Origin: a bacterium
Lineage (GTDB): Bacteria > Planctomycetota > SKW154 > DAOVDS01
NCBI GenBank assembly: GCA_030669415.1
Contig: DAOVDS010000001.1
Coordinates: 1 to 50,590, forward strand
Reading direction: 5' to 3'
DNA length: 50,590 bases
Shown: piece by piece, positions 26,007-36,824 of the stretch
Position numbering within the stretch: position 1 is the first letter of the stretch
Layout of the letters: every line of letters starts with the position of its first letter
Notes under the pieces: model-generated
What the model was told of the DNA's origin: nothing
Databases searched by the model: none
The model's input: only the letters and a program-made list of their open reading frames with translations
Made by a program: the position numbers and the translations under genes

Positions 26007-27221
26007 GCCCGCTGAGGCGAGGAACTGTTCGAGGCGGTTGAGCCCTTCTTCCAGGTCGTCCATGCCCGTGGCGTAGGACAGGCGGATGTAGTTCTCGGCG
26101 CCGAAGCCAATGCCGGGCACCACAGCGACGTGCTTCTGTTCGAGAAGAGTTGTGGCAAATTCAATCGAGCCGGTAACTTTCGCATCGCCGAAGGTCTTGT
26201 CCATGAAGCCGGCAACTGATAAGAAGAGGAAGAAGGCGCCGCCGGGCATGAAGCAGGAAAGGCCGTCAATGGAGTTTATTCGCTTGACAGTGAAGTCGCG
26301 CCTCTTGCGGAATTCTTCGGTACGCTCTGCAATGATTTCGTCGCCGGAGGAAAGCGCGACGAGAGCCGCCTTCTGGGTGATGGAGTTCACCCCCGAGGTG
26401 CTCTGGCTCTGGATTTTGGTCATCGCTTTGATAATGTCCTTCGGGCCTGCCCCGAAGCCGATTCGCCAGCCTGTCATGGCGTAGGTCTTGGAGAGGCTGT
26501 TTACGAGCACTGTGAGCGCCTTCATCTCTTCCGAAATCTGGGCGATGGATACGTGCGGCTCGGGGTTGTAGCGCAGCTTGTCGTAGACCTCGTCGCTTAT
26601 GATGTGGATACCGTGTTTGACGAATACCTGCGCAAGCGCCTCAATTTCCTCGCGGGAGTAGACTGTTCCCGTCGGGTTCTGGGGCGAATTCATAATAAAC
26701 ACTTTCGTATTGGGTGTAAGTGCCTCCTCGACCTGTGCGGCAGTGACGCGGAATTCGTTTTCCTCGCTGCCCTGCACAATCACCGGCTTCGCATCCGCAA
26801 GGACTACCATCTCAGGATATGAGACCCAGTACGGCGACGGGATAATCACCTCGTCCCCGTTCTGCGCGAGGGTCTGCAGGGCGTTATAGATTGACTGTTT
26901 CCCGCCGTTTGTCACAATTACCTGGTCGGGCGAGTAGTCGAGCTGGTTGTCTTTGTGGATTCGGGCGGCTATCGCCTCGCGAAGCTCGAGAATCCCGCCT
27001 GCCGCCGTGTAGCGGGTGAAATTCTCTTCGAGCGCCGCGACAGCCCCGGCCTTGATGTAGTCAGCCGTGTTGAAATCAGGCTCACCCGCCCCGAAGTCGA
27101 ATATCTTCACACCCCTGGCCTTGAGCTCGCGGACCTTCGCTATGACCGCGAGAGTCATCGAAGGCTTGACTGCCCTGACACGTTCCGTTAGCATCTCTGT
27201 GCACCTTTCTTTGAGTACCAA
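26001..27221 (-). CDS. Class I PLP-dependent (aspartate-type) aminotransferase
   Basis: NSLSKTYAMTGWRIGF (PLP Lys) and NPTG motifs. Start possibly MLTERV at 27194. Confidence 0.9.
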   Translation of the reverse strand: MVLKERCTEMLTERVRAVKPSMTLAVIAKVRELKARGVKIFDFGAGEPDFNTADYIKAGAVAALEENFTRYTAAGGILELREAIAARIHKDNQLDYSPDQVIVTNGGKQSIYNALQTLAQNGDEVIIPSPYWVSYPEMVVLADAKPVIVQGSEENEFRVTAAQVEEALTPNTKVFIMNSPQNPTGTVYSREEIEALAQVFVKHGIHIISDEVYDKLRYNPEPHVSIAQISEEMKALTVLVNSLSKTYAMTGWRIGFGAGPKDIIKAMTKIQSQSTSGVNSITQKAALVALSSGDEIIAERTEEFRKRRDFTVKRINSIDGLSCFMPGGAFFLFLSVAGFMDKTFGDAKVTGSIEFATTLLEQKHVAVVPGIGFGAENYIRLSYATGMDDLEEGLNRLEQFLASAGI

Positions 27222-27253
27222 GTCCCCTGGTGGTATTGGGTTTTACCGAGCCC

Positions 27254-27640
27254 CTAACGCTTGACTATGCCACCCATCTCCCTGAGGAAGTATTTCACGT
27301 TGCCTATCGCCGCGTCCACTACGGAGCGGTTAACAGCCGAGAAGTCACGCTCATTGACATACTGGCAGAGGTCCATCATGGTGCGGAAGGCGTTGAATGA
27401 GCTCGCCGAGAGGCGGCCATCCTTGACAAAGCCCAGAACGAGGAAGAGCAGGCTCTCATTCCTCAAAGCCTCGTTGCCGGCGGCGATGAGCGCCGCTTCG
27501 GCAGCCTGCCTGGCTGCGCGAAGAGCCATCGCAACCGCGCCGGAGGGCGTGCCGTTCTTCAGGAGAAGCTCCGCATCCGCGAGAGCCTGGTAGCTCTGCT
27601 GCAGGCGATGCTTGGCAAGGGCGGTCTCATTGTAGGTCAT
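27254..27640 (-). CDS. HEPN-domain protein
   Basis: 128-aa helical protein paired with, and overlapping, an upstream nucleotidyltransferase-like gene. No clear Rx4-6H motif. Confidence 0.55.
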   Translation of the reverse strand: MTYNETALAKHRLQQSYQALADAELLLKNGTPSGAVAMALRAARQAAEAALIAAGNEALRNESLLFLVLGFVKDGRLSASSFNAFRTMMDLCQYVNERDFSAVNRSVVDAAIGNVKYFLREMGGIVKR

Positions 27641-27962
27641 ATTCGAGTCCTTCGGCCATGAAGGCCGCGAGTGCAGGCAGGTTCTTTCGTGTATTGAAGT
27701 CCTCGGTGCTGTATGCCTGGACAGAGAAGATTATCTCATGCTTGATGCTGGCGTTGCCGGCGAGTTCCCATATCCTGAATGTCTCGCGGGTAGCAAGCTC
27801 ATCCGCGACGAGCAGCACCTCGATATCCGCCATCGGGTCTGCCCCGGCCCTCGGGTTGGCGACCCGCGCGACGGCGTGTTTCAGGCGGTCGCTCAGGAGC
27901 GCCATGACCTCGGCAATGAACTGGCTCACCTTCTCCTGAGTTTCGGGATGAATCTCGGACAT
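27627..27962 (-). CDS. Nucleotidyltransferase-like partner of the HEPN protein
   Basis: Start ATG 27962 (MSEIHPE). DIEVLLVAD acidic strand. Gene order MNT then HEPN, as in the first pair. Confidence 0.55.
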   Translation of the reverse strand: MSEIHPETQEKVSQFIAEVMALLSDRLKHAVARVANPRAGADPMADIEVLLVADELATRETFRIWELAGNASIKHEIIFSVQAYSTEDFNTRKNLPALAAFMAEGLEYDLQ

Positions 27963-28060
27963 TTCTGAACTCCGGCAAAGAACAGTTAACGCCCGCAAGC
28001 GAAACGAATGCAAGAATTATAGCCACAGAGGCGCCAAGAGCACGGAGAAAAAACGAAAGT

Positions 28061-28080
28061 GGCACAAAAAAACAGGTGCC
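28061..28080 (-). terminator. Weak terminator candidate after atpC
   Basis: Minus strand GGCAC-CUGUUUUUUU-GUGCC followed by ACUUUCGUUUUUU. Confidence 0.35.
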
Positions 28081-28101
28081 CTCTATCAAGGGCCAAGAAG
28101 C

Positions 28102-28518
28102 TCAGTCCTTGTCAGCGACTCTGAGCCTGAGAAGCGCACGCCGCAGGGAGGCACCGGCGCTTTCCAGGTCGGGGCTTTCGCCCAGCCTTTTGAGCATTTC
28201 TTCCGCCTTTAGCTTGGCGGCCATGGCGCGCTCGATATCAATATCCTCCGCGCGCTCCGCCGCGTCGGCAAGAACGGTAACTGTATCGTCCTCCACTCTC
28301 AGGAAACCCGCGTGCAGGGCGATTGCCTCCTTCTTGGTGCCGTGGCGGGTGCTGAGGATGCCAATCTCAAGCGGCGTCATGAACGCGATGTGCTTTGGCA
28401 GGATGGTGAACTCGCCGCCGCTGCCCAGCCCGGTGACCGAGTCCGCCTCCCCCTCATACACCTTGCGCTCGACTGTCAGTATGACGAGTCTCAGTTTCTT
28501 GCTGTCGGGCCCTGCCAT
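28102..28518 (-). CDS. atpC: F1 ATP synthase epsilon subunit
   Basis: LRLVILTVERKVYEGEADSV...FTILPKHIAFMTPL pattern. ATG 28518. The upstream part of ORF 28102..29109 is an artefact. Confidence 0.9.
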   Translation of the reverse strand: MAGPDSKKLRLVILTVERKVYEGEADSVTGLGSGGEFTILPKHIAFMTPLEIGILSTRHGTKKEAIALHAGFLRVEDDTVTVLADAAERAEDIDIERAMAAKLKAEEMLKRLGESPDLESAGASLRRALLRLRVADKD

Positions 28519-28642
28519 GACTAACCCCTGCGCGGCTATTCCTTCGTACCTTCCTAACGCTACTTTGTCATCTTTTTCCCTCTCCCCTGGGGGGAGAGGG
28601 CGCAGGTAAACACGCGCAACAAGCTGCGCGGCTAACGAGGTG

Positions 28643-31011
<2,369 letters not shown>

Positions 31012-31025
31012 AACTCACCTCAACA

Positions 31026-32567
31026 CTATTTCTTCTCAACCGGCTTGCGACCCATCTTGTCGAAAAACACCGACTGCTTGAACTCCCTTATGGCCGTCTT
31101 GAGCTTCTGGTCAATCTCCGCCGTCAGCTCGCCTTTGACTCTGAGTTCCTCAAGCAGCTCAGCGCGGTTCTTGCGCAGCCACTCGAGCATGTTCACCTCA
31201 AACAGCCTGATATCCTCAATGCGAACGTCATCAAGCAGGCCCTGCGTCCCGGCGTAGACTACGGCAATTTGCTCGTTTACAGGCACCGGCACGTACACAT
31301 CCTGCTTGAGCAGCTCGACAAGGCGCTGGCCTCTTGCGAGCAGGGCCTGCGCGGCCGCGTCAAGGTCTGAACCGAACTGCGCGAACGATTCAAGCTCCCG
31401 GAACTGGGCGAGGTCAATGCGCAGGGAGCCGGCGACCTTTTTCATCGCCTTGTTCTGCGCCTTGCCGCCCACGCGGGATACCGAGATGCCGACGTTCATG
31501 GCGGGTCGGACGCCCTGGTAGAACAGGTTGCCTTCCAAGTATATCTGGCCGTCGGTTATGGAGATGACGTTTGTCGGGATGTACGCGGCGACGTTGCCGG
31601 CCTTCGTCTCAATTACCGGCAGGGCTGTGAGGCTTCCACCTCCCTTCTCTTCGTTGAGCTTGACGGCCCGCTCGAGCAGCCTTGAGTGCAGGTAGAAGAT
31701 GTCGCCGGGGTAGGCCTCGCGCCCGGGTGGACGCCGCAGAAGAAGCGAAATCTCACGATAGGCGACCGCGTGCTTGGAGAGGTCGTCGTAGCAGACAAGG
31801 ACATCCCTGCCCTGCTCCATGAAATACTCGCCTATGGCGCAGCCGGCATAGGGCGCGATATACTGGAGTGACACCGGCACTGACGCGTCGGCCGAGACGA
31901 TGATTGTGTATTTGAGTGCCCCGTATTCCTCAAAGGTCTTCACAACTCTTGCCACGCTCGAGCGCTTCTGCCCGATTGCAACGTAGATGCAGATGACATC
32001 CTGGTCGTGCTGGTTGAGGATGGTGTCAAGAAGGATGGCGGTTTTCCCCGTCTGGCGGTCCCCGATAATGAGCTCGCGCTGTCCGCGCCCTATGGGCGTC
32101 ATGGCATCTATCGCCTTGATACCGGTCTGGAGCGGCACGTTGACAGGCTCGCGCCAGACGACGCCGGGCGCCACCCGCTCAATGACGCGGCTCTCCTGAA
32201 CGCCCACTTCTCCCCGGCCATCGAGGGGATTGCCCAGCGGGTCGACAATCCGGCCTATGAAGCCATCGCCTGCGGGGATTTCGAGGATACGGCCCGTGCG
32301 CCGCACAGTGTCGCCCTCCTTGATGCCTACATCCTCGCCCATAATCACGACGCCGACGGAGTCCTCCTCGAGGTTGAGCGCCAGTCCCCGGACGCCGTTG
32401 GGGAACTCGACAAGCTCGCCCGCCATGCACGCCGACAGGCCGTAGACACGTGCGATGCTGTCGCCGACATAGACAACCTTGCCAGTCTCAGCAACGTCCG
32501 TAACCTCGCCGAATGCCTCGATGCGCTCTCTGATAACTGAGCTGATCTCTTCCGGTCTTATCTTCAT
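31026..32567 (-). CDS. atpA: F1 ATP synthase alpha subunit
   Basis: GDRQTGKT Walker A and overall conservation. Confidence 0.95.
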   Translation of the reverse strand: MKIRPEEISSVIRERIEAFGEVTDVAETGKVVYVGDSIARVYGLSACMAGELVEFPNGVRGLALNLEEDSVGVVIMGEDVGIKEGDTVRRTGRILEIPAGDGFIGRIVDPLGNPLDGRGEVGVQESRVIERVAPGVVWREPVNVPLQTGIKAIDAMTPIGRGQRELIIGDRQTGKTAILLDTILNQHDQDVICIYVAIGQKRSSVARVVKTFEEYGALKYTIIVSADASVPVSLQYIAPYAGCAIGEYFMEQGRDVLVCYDDLSKHAVAYREISLLLRRPPGREAYPGDIFYLHSRLLERAVKLNEEKGGGSLTALPVIETKAGNVAAYIPTNVISITDGQIYLEGNLFYQGVRPAMNVGISVSRVGGKAQNKAMKKVAGSLRIDLAQFRELESFAQFGSDLDAAAQALLARGQRLVELLKQDVYVPVPVNEQIAVVYAGTQGLLDDVRIEDIRLFEVNMLEWLRKNRAELLEELRVKGELTAEIDQKLKTAIREFKQSVFFDKMGRKPVEKK

Positions 32568-32606
32568 TTCGGTTCCTCAAACAGCTTAGAAACACGCGCT
32601 GCCCAT

Positions 32607-33143
32607 TCAGGCTGAAATGGACTCTTTCAGTTTCCGAAGCTTCATCTTCATGCTCCCGTCAACCACCTTATCGCCTATTCTGATTCGCGCCCCTGCAATC
32701 AGGTCCTTGTCAATCCTGATTTCGAGAATTATCTTCTTGCCGAGCTTGCGCTTCAGAATCGAGCTCAGGTCGTTCTTGTCTTCCTCGGTCAGGTCGAAAG
32801 GCGTTTCCACAATGACGGTTGTCTCGCCGAGCGCCGCACGTGCAAGCTGAGTGAACTCCTCGAACACGCGCTTCAGGAGCTTTATCCTGTTCTTCTCGGC
32901 GAGGACGCGCAGGAATGACGCGAGTTTCCTGCTCGCGTCAAAACGCGCTGTCATATCCCCGATCATTGCGACCTTGCGCTCAATAGTGATGCCTGGGTTC
33001 TTCCAGAACTCGATAACTTCTCCCCTTGTGAGGGGCCCCACAACAGCACGGAACTCGTCAAAGAGCGCTCTGAGCTCGCCCTCATCGGCCGCCGCCGCGA
33101 CGAGCGACTTCGCGTAACGCCTTGCGACAATCGAATCCTGCAA
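32607..33143 (-). CDS. atpH: F1 ATP synthase delta (OSCP) subunit
   Basis: IVARRYAKSLV N-terminus; position between b and alpha. Confidence 0.8.
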   Translation of the reverse strand: MQDSIVARRYAKSLVAAAADEGELRALFDEFRAVVGPLTRGEVIEFWKNPGITIERKVAMIGDMTARFDASRKLASFLRVLAEKNRIKLLKRVFEEFTQLARAALGETTVIVETPFDLTEEDKNDLSSILKRKLGKKIILEIRIDKDLIAGARIRIGDKVVDGSMKMKLRKLKESISA

Positions 33144-33158
33144 CTGGCCGACTCCTTC

Positions 33159-34148
33159 TCAGACCTCTTCGGTCTCGAGATTCCTCAGAAAATCGTCTAT
33201 CAGCTTCCTGTGGACTTCCTGGTCCACTTCTTTGGCAAGTATCTGGGCCGCGATTTCGACCGAGATGCCGCCTATCTCCGTTCTCAGGTCAAGCTTCGCC
33301 TCCTTCAGCGCGGACTCGATCTGGACCTTGGCATCTTCGCTGAGTCTCCTGGCCTCCTCGCGCGCGTGGCCGATAATCCTGCTCTTCTGGGCGTCGCCCT
33401 CGCGCACCTTCTCCTGGCGCATTCGGTTGGCCTCGGACCTCGCGTTCGCCAGCGCCTGCTCATAGCGCTCCTTGAGCTTCTGGGCATCCTCGCGGCTGGC
33501 TGATGCCAGTTCGATGTCCTTGCGGATGGAAGCCGCCCTGTCGTCGAGCATCTTGGTTATCGGCCCCCACAGCAGGCCGTAGAGAAGCGCGGCGAGCACG
33601 AAGAAGTTGAGGATGACAAACCCCATTGTCGCATTGATGCCGATAATCTGACCGTGCCCCTGAACGGGGATTTCAGTCTTGCCCGCGACCCCGTACCTGG
33701 TCAGCAGCTCAATCTGCATGAGGCCGAGCTCGACCTTCTTGTCGAGCACCACCTTCCCGTCTGGCGCCTTTATCTGGGCCGCGGCAATGTATCGTTTCTT
33801 GGCGAAGCTCCGCGCCTTCGAGGCAGGTCCCGCTTCTGCACCAAGGATTTTCTCTGTCCCATCCTCGATTCTTTTCTTCACGTCGCGGGGCCTCAACTGG
33901 ACAACCCTGTAGCGTCCACTGTTGCTATCAGTCTGTATGATTTCAATCTCGACAAAGTCCTTGCAGAACTCTTCCAGCGCAACTTCGTTACCCGGGTCAG
34001 GCAGCCGGAGATTTTCAATAGTTTTAAAAGCCGGAACTGAAACAAGCCCGTGCTTGACTACCGACTGGTAGAAGAACACGGCCAGGAAAATCACGTAGCC
34101 CAGCCCAAGCGCCAGGAGAAGCAGTTTCGATCCTTTTGCGAGAACCAT
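33159..34148 (-). CDS. atpF: Fo ATP synthase b subunit with a roughly 160-aa N-terminal extension carrying an extra TM helix
   Basis: The C-terminal half (FVILNFFVLAALLYGLLWGPITKMLDDRAASIRKDIE...) is a canonical b subunit. ATG 34148 lies 8 nt after GGAG. The TTG at 34169 in the ORF track lies inside the repeat element. Confidence 0.8.
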   Translation of the reverse strand: MVLAKGSKLLLLALGLGYVIFLAVFFYQSVVKHGLVSVPAFKTIENLRLPDPGNEVALEEFCKDFVEIEIIQTDSNSGRYRVVQLRPRDVKKRIEDGTEKILGAEAGPASKARSFAKKRYIAAAQIKAPDGKVVLDKKVELGLMQIELLTRYGVAGKTEIPVQGHGQIIGINATMGFVILNFFVLAALLYGLLWGPITKMLDDRAASIRKDIELASASREDAQKLKERYEQALANARSEANRMRQEKVREGDAQKSRIIGHAREEARRLSEDAKVQIESALKEAKLDLRTEIGGISVEIAAQILAKEVDQEVHRKLIDDFLRNLETEEV

Positions 34149-34223
34149 GTGAAAATCTCCGATTTTCAAGTAAGTAGAGCAGTAGATAGTTGTGAGGAGA
34201 TTTTCACTGCTCTACTGTTCTAC
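34149..34223 (-). ncRNA. Copy 1 of a 75-nt structured intergenic element; the start codon follows immediately
   Basis: 73/75 identical to 37903-37977, in the same orientation relative to the downstream gene. Contains a 10-bp hairpin gtagagcagt/actgctctac and the hairpin gaaaatc-gga-gattttc with GGAG in the loop. Function unknown. Confidence 0.6.
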
Positions 34224-34244
34224 CATCTACTCTCCTGTCCCGCT

Positions 34245-34496
34245 CTACTGCACGACGAATATCATTATGAGGGCAATGACGAGCGAGTATATTCCAGTAG
34301 TCTCCGAGACTGCCTGCCCGATAAGCATGGTCCTGGTAAGAAGGCCTGCTTGCTCGGGTCGCTTGGAGATACCTTCGCACGCCCTGCCGGCGGCATAGCC
34401 CTCGCCGATGCCGGGGCCGATAGCGCCGAACCCCATGGCGATTCCTGCACCCAGAAGCGCCGCCGCCCTGATTATGTCAGCTCCTTCAATAGCCAT
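34245..34496 (-). CDS. atpE: Fo ATP synthase c subunit (single hairpin, 83 aa) with a Na+-type two-carboxylate motif
   Basis: GPGIGEG in helix 1 and AVSETTGIYS in helix 2 (E, T, T and Y at the positions of the Na+ site). Confidence 0.9.
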   Translation of the reverse strand: MAIEGADIIRAAALLGAGIAMGFGAIGPGIGEGYAAGRACEGISKRPEQAGLLTRTMLIGQAVSETTGIYSLVIALIMIFVVQ

Positions 34497-34574
34497 TACA
34501 ATCTCCTCCTCTCGAATCTAAACCTACTTTGTTAACACTGGCGCAGCAGCATCAAGAATGACACGTAACTATGG

Positions 34575-35073
34575 AAATACGAAATTCTAAATCCGAAATC
34601 CGAAACAAATCCGAAATCCGAAACATCATTCGCTTTTGCGCAATATAGCGCCGAATATCTTTGTCAATTCGCTGCTTTCTCCAATTAGCCGTTTCTGTTC
34701 TTTCTCCAGTTGCACGTCATTACCAATATTTATTAATCGGAGCCAATAATGGGTTTCCTTCGCTTCCTTACGAGAAATCTTGACATGCATGAGGAAATCT
34801 TTCTTTCCAAGTGACTCATTTGCCTCAATGTAGTTGGCGCCAACTGAACCTGAGCTCCGTACAAGTTGTTTTATGTCTTCAATATTTGATATCGTTCTTG
34901 GCAATATACTCACAAAAGCGCGCATTTCCTTCGCAAACTTGAAAGTCCGTTCCTCCAAATCGTACTGTTTTGGCTTTCCAGCCTTGCTCATTCAAGGTCC
35001 TTTCGTTTGCTTGCGTCACTCCGTTTCGTGCTTCGGAATTAGAATTTGTTTCGGATTTCATGCTTCGGATTTA
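34575..35073. repeat. Imperfect inverted simple repeats built from AAATCCGAA units (34575-34625 / 35022-35073) bracketing the four-helix-bundle gene
   Basis: ctaaatccgaa..atccgaaacaaat on the left matches the reverse complement of atttgtttcggat..ttcggatttag on the right. Confidence 0.7.
34626..34991 (-). CDS. Four-helix-bundle protein (23S rRNA intervening-sequence protein family)
   Basis: SGSVGANYIEANES...RKEAKETHYWLRL signature. Confidence 0.85.
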   Translation of the reverse strand: MSKAGKPKQYDLEERTFKFAKEMRAFVSILPRTISNIEDIKQLVRSSGSVGANYIEANESLGKKDFLMHVKISRKEAKETHYWLRLINIGNDVQLEKEQKRLIGESSELTKIFGAILRKSE

Positions 35074-35086
35074 GTGCTTCCTCCAG

Positions 35087-35572
35087 TCACACTACGAATA
35101 TCAGTATCAGCGCAACCACAAGCGAATAGACCGCGGTAGTCTGGCTGACCGCCTGGCCTATCAGCATTACCTGCGTCAGCATTGGCCCGCGAATGGGGTT
35201 TCGGCCTATTCCCTGCGATGCCTCTCCGCCGGCAAGGCCCGCGCCCACGCCCGGGCCCAGCGCCCCTACCCCCATGGCGAACCCCGCGCCAAGCAGGGCA
35301 GCGGCCTTGACAATGCCCGCATCCGTGAAATCAACGCCAAAGATAAGAATGAACGCCACGACGAGCGCGAAAATCCCGGAGGTCTCCGCAATCGCCTGCC
35401 CGATAAGCATGTTCTTTATCACGGCATCCGCTGCGCCCGGCTGCCTGTAGAGTGCCATGTTGGCCTTGCCCGCGGTGTAGCCTTCGCCCACGCCTGCACC
35501 GATGGCGCCCATGCCCATGGCAATCCCCGCGCCCATGTAGGCGGCAACCTGTGCTACTGAAGGGTCCGGCAC
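35087..35572 (-). CDS. atpE: Duplicated (four-helix, 161 aa) Fo c subunit, c1 type; only the first hairpin retains the ion-binding Glu
   Basis: GTG 35572 follows GAGGAG. Hairpin 1 has GAGVGEG...QAIAETSGIF. Hairpin 2 has GPGVGAG...QAVSQTTAVYS (Glu replaced by Gln). The upstream part of ORF 35087..35947 overlaps atpB and is rejected. Confidence 0.85.
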   Translation of the reverse strand: MPDPSVAQVAAYMGAGIAMGMGAIGAGVGEGYTAGKANMALYRQPGAADAVIKNMLIGQAIAETSGIFALVVAFILIFGVDFTDAGIVKAAALLGAGFAMGVGALGPGVGAGLAGGEASQGIGRNPIRGPMLTQVMLIGQAVSQTTAVYSLVVALILIFVV

Positions 35573-35574
35573 CT

Positions 35575-36405
35575 CTACTCCTCGGAAAGTGCCACTGACA
35601 GATACGACAGCCACAACATCGTAAACACGAATGCCTGTATGGTGCCTGCGAAAAGCCCGAAGAAGAAGCTCAGGCCGACAGGCATCACCAGGCTTTTTAT
35701 CAGAAACGAGATAATGACGATTATCACGGCGCCGCCGAAGATATTGCCGAAGAGACGAAAAGATGTGTTGATTACCTCGACAAAGCGTCCTATGAGGTTG
35801 AGCGGCGCCATGAACCATAAGGGTTTGAAGTAGTCCTTTATGTAGCCCAGAAGCCCCTTCTTCTTGAGCTGGGCGATATGCGCAATCAGCGCCATGGCTA
35901 TTGCCAGCCCCATGGTCGTGTTCATGTCGCGGGTAGGCTCGTGCCACGGCTGAATGATAAAACCCGCATCGCGCCGGCCGTTGCGGTTCGAGTCCATCGC
36001 CGGGGTGAAAACGTCATCCACATCGTAGATGTCGTTCCCGTTGACATCCACGTACTGCTCGCCTCCCGCCTCGAGGTGCTTCGCCCCCACAATTTGTGGA
36101 AAAGGCACGACACCGATTATGTTCGAGAAGAGAATGAAGAAGAAGAGCGTGGCAATCAACGGGAAGAACTTCTTGGCCTGCTTCTTGCCCAGAGCCTGCT
36201 CGACAATGTCGTAGAAGAAGACTGTCGCCGATTCCGCAAACGCCTGGAAGCGGCCGGGCACGCGGCGCAGGCGGCGCGTGACAAGTACCGCGCCCAGAAC
36301 CATGAGCAGGCTGACCAGCACGCTCATGTAGATGGTGGTCAGGTTGAAGGCCATGCCCCAGATTTCAACCGGCATGTTCGGGTTTATCTGGTCGCTTATT
36401 CCCAC
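35575..36405 (-). CDS. atpB: Fo ATP synthase a subunit
   Basis: SFRLFGNIFGG (essential Arg) and multiple TM helices. Confidence 0.9.
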   Translation of the reverse strand: MGISDQINPNMPVEIWGMAFNLTTIYMSVLVSLLMVLGAVLVTRRLRRVPGRFQAFAESATVFFYDIVEQALGKKQAKKFFPLIATLFFFILFSNIIGVVPFPQIVGAKHLEAGGEQYVDVNGNDIYDVDDVFTPAMDSNRNGRRDAGFIIQPWHEPTRDMNTTMGLAIAMALIAHIAQLKKKGLLGYIKDYFKPLWFMAPLNLIGRFVEVINTSFRLFGNIFGGAVIIVIISFLIKSLVMPVGLSFFFGLFAGTIQAFVFTMLWLSYLSVALSEE

Positions 36406-36824
36406 GTTTCCTGACCCTTGGCGCGGCCGCGAAGTCCCGCAACGACCTGCCCGCCGATGATGACCGCATTAACAAGGAATACGCCGATTACAGTTGTAAC
36501 AGGCGAAAAGGCAGCGCTTGCGATGCTCACCGCGATTACTGCACCGGTAAGGCCGTACCTTATGAAGAACGACCGCAAGTAGTGACCGGCTCTGCCTGAA
36601 GGGCTGCGCGCGAATCTCTTCAGCTCCAGTATCAGAAGCCGCCAGCGCAGCATGCTGAAAACCGACCCGAGGCAGAATCCGGCGAAAAGCTCCGGCTTGC
36701 TGTGATGCGTTGTCGCGAAGACCGCCACCGCGCCCACCGCCGCGAGCGCGGCTGAGTAGACCATCACTTTCCTGCTGTATTTGTCGAAGTCGTCTTTCTC
36801 CACTTGCCCCACCGCCGCGCTCAC
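36396..36824 (-). CDS. atpI: ATP synthase protein I
   Basis: Small 4-TM protein directly upstream of atpB. Confidence 0.6.
   Translation of the reverse strand: MSAAVGQVEKDDFDKYSRKVMVYSAALAAVGAVAVFATTHHSKPELFAGFCLGSVFSMLRWRLLILELKRFARSPSGRAGHYLRSFFIRYGLTGAVIAVSIASAAFSPVTTVIGVFLVNAVIIGGQVVAGLRGRAKGQETWE

Noticed and set aside
34575-35073. Possible CRISPR array (short tandem AAATCCGAA units). The heptamer repeats at 37198-37265 were considered for the same reason.
   Set aside because: The units are 7-9 nt with no spacers, arranged as inverted arms around a gene. No cas genes are present. These are simple-repeat palindromes, not CRISPR.
35573-35947. Upstream extension of the c1 ORF. The 28519..29109 extension of atpC and the 283..528 extension of the ClpP-like ORF are similar.
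   Set aside because: The extensions overlap the neighbouring conserved genes, or lack coding character. Internal starts with Shine-Dalgarno sequences give family-typical N-termini.
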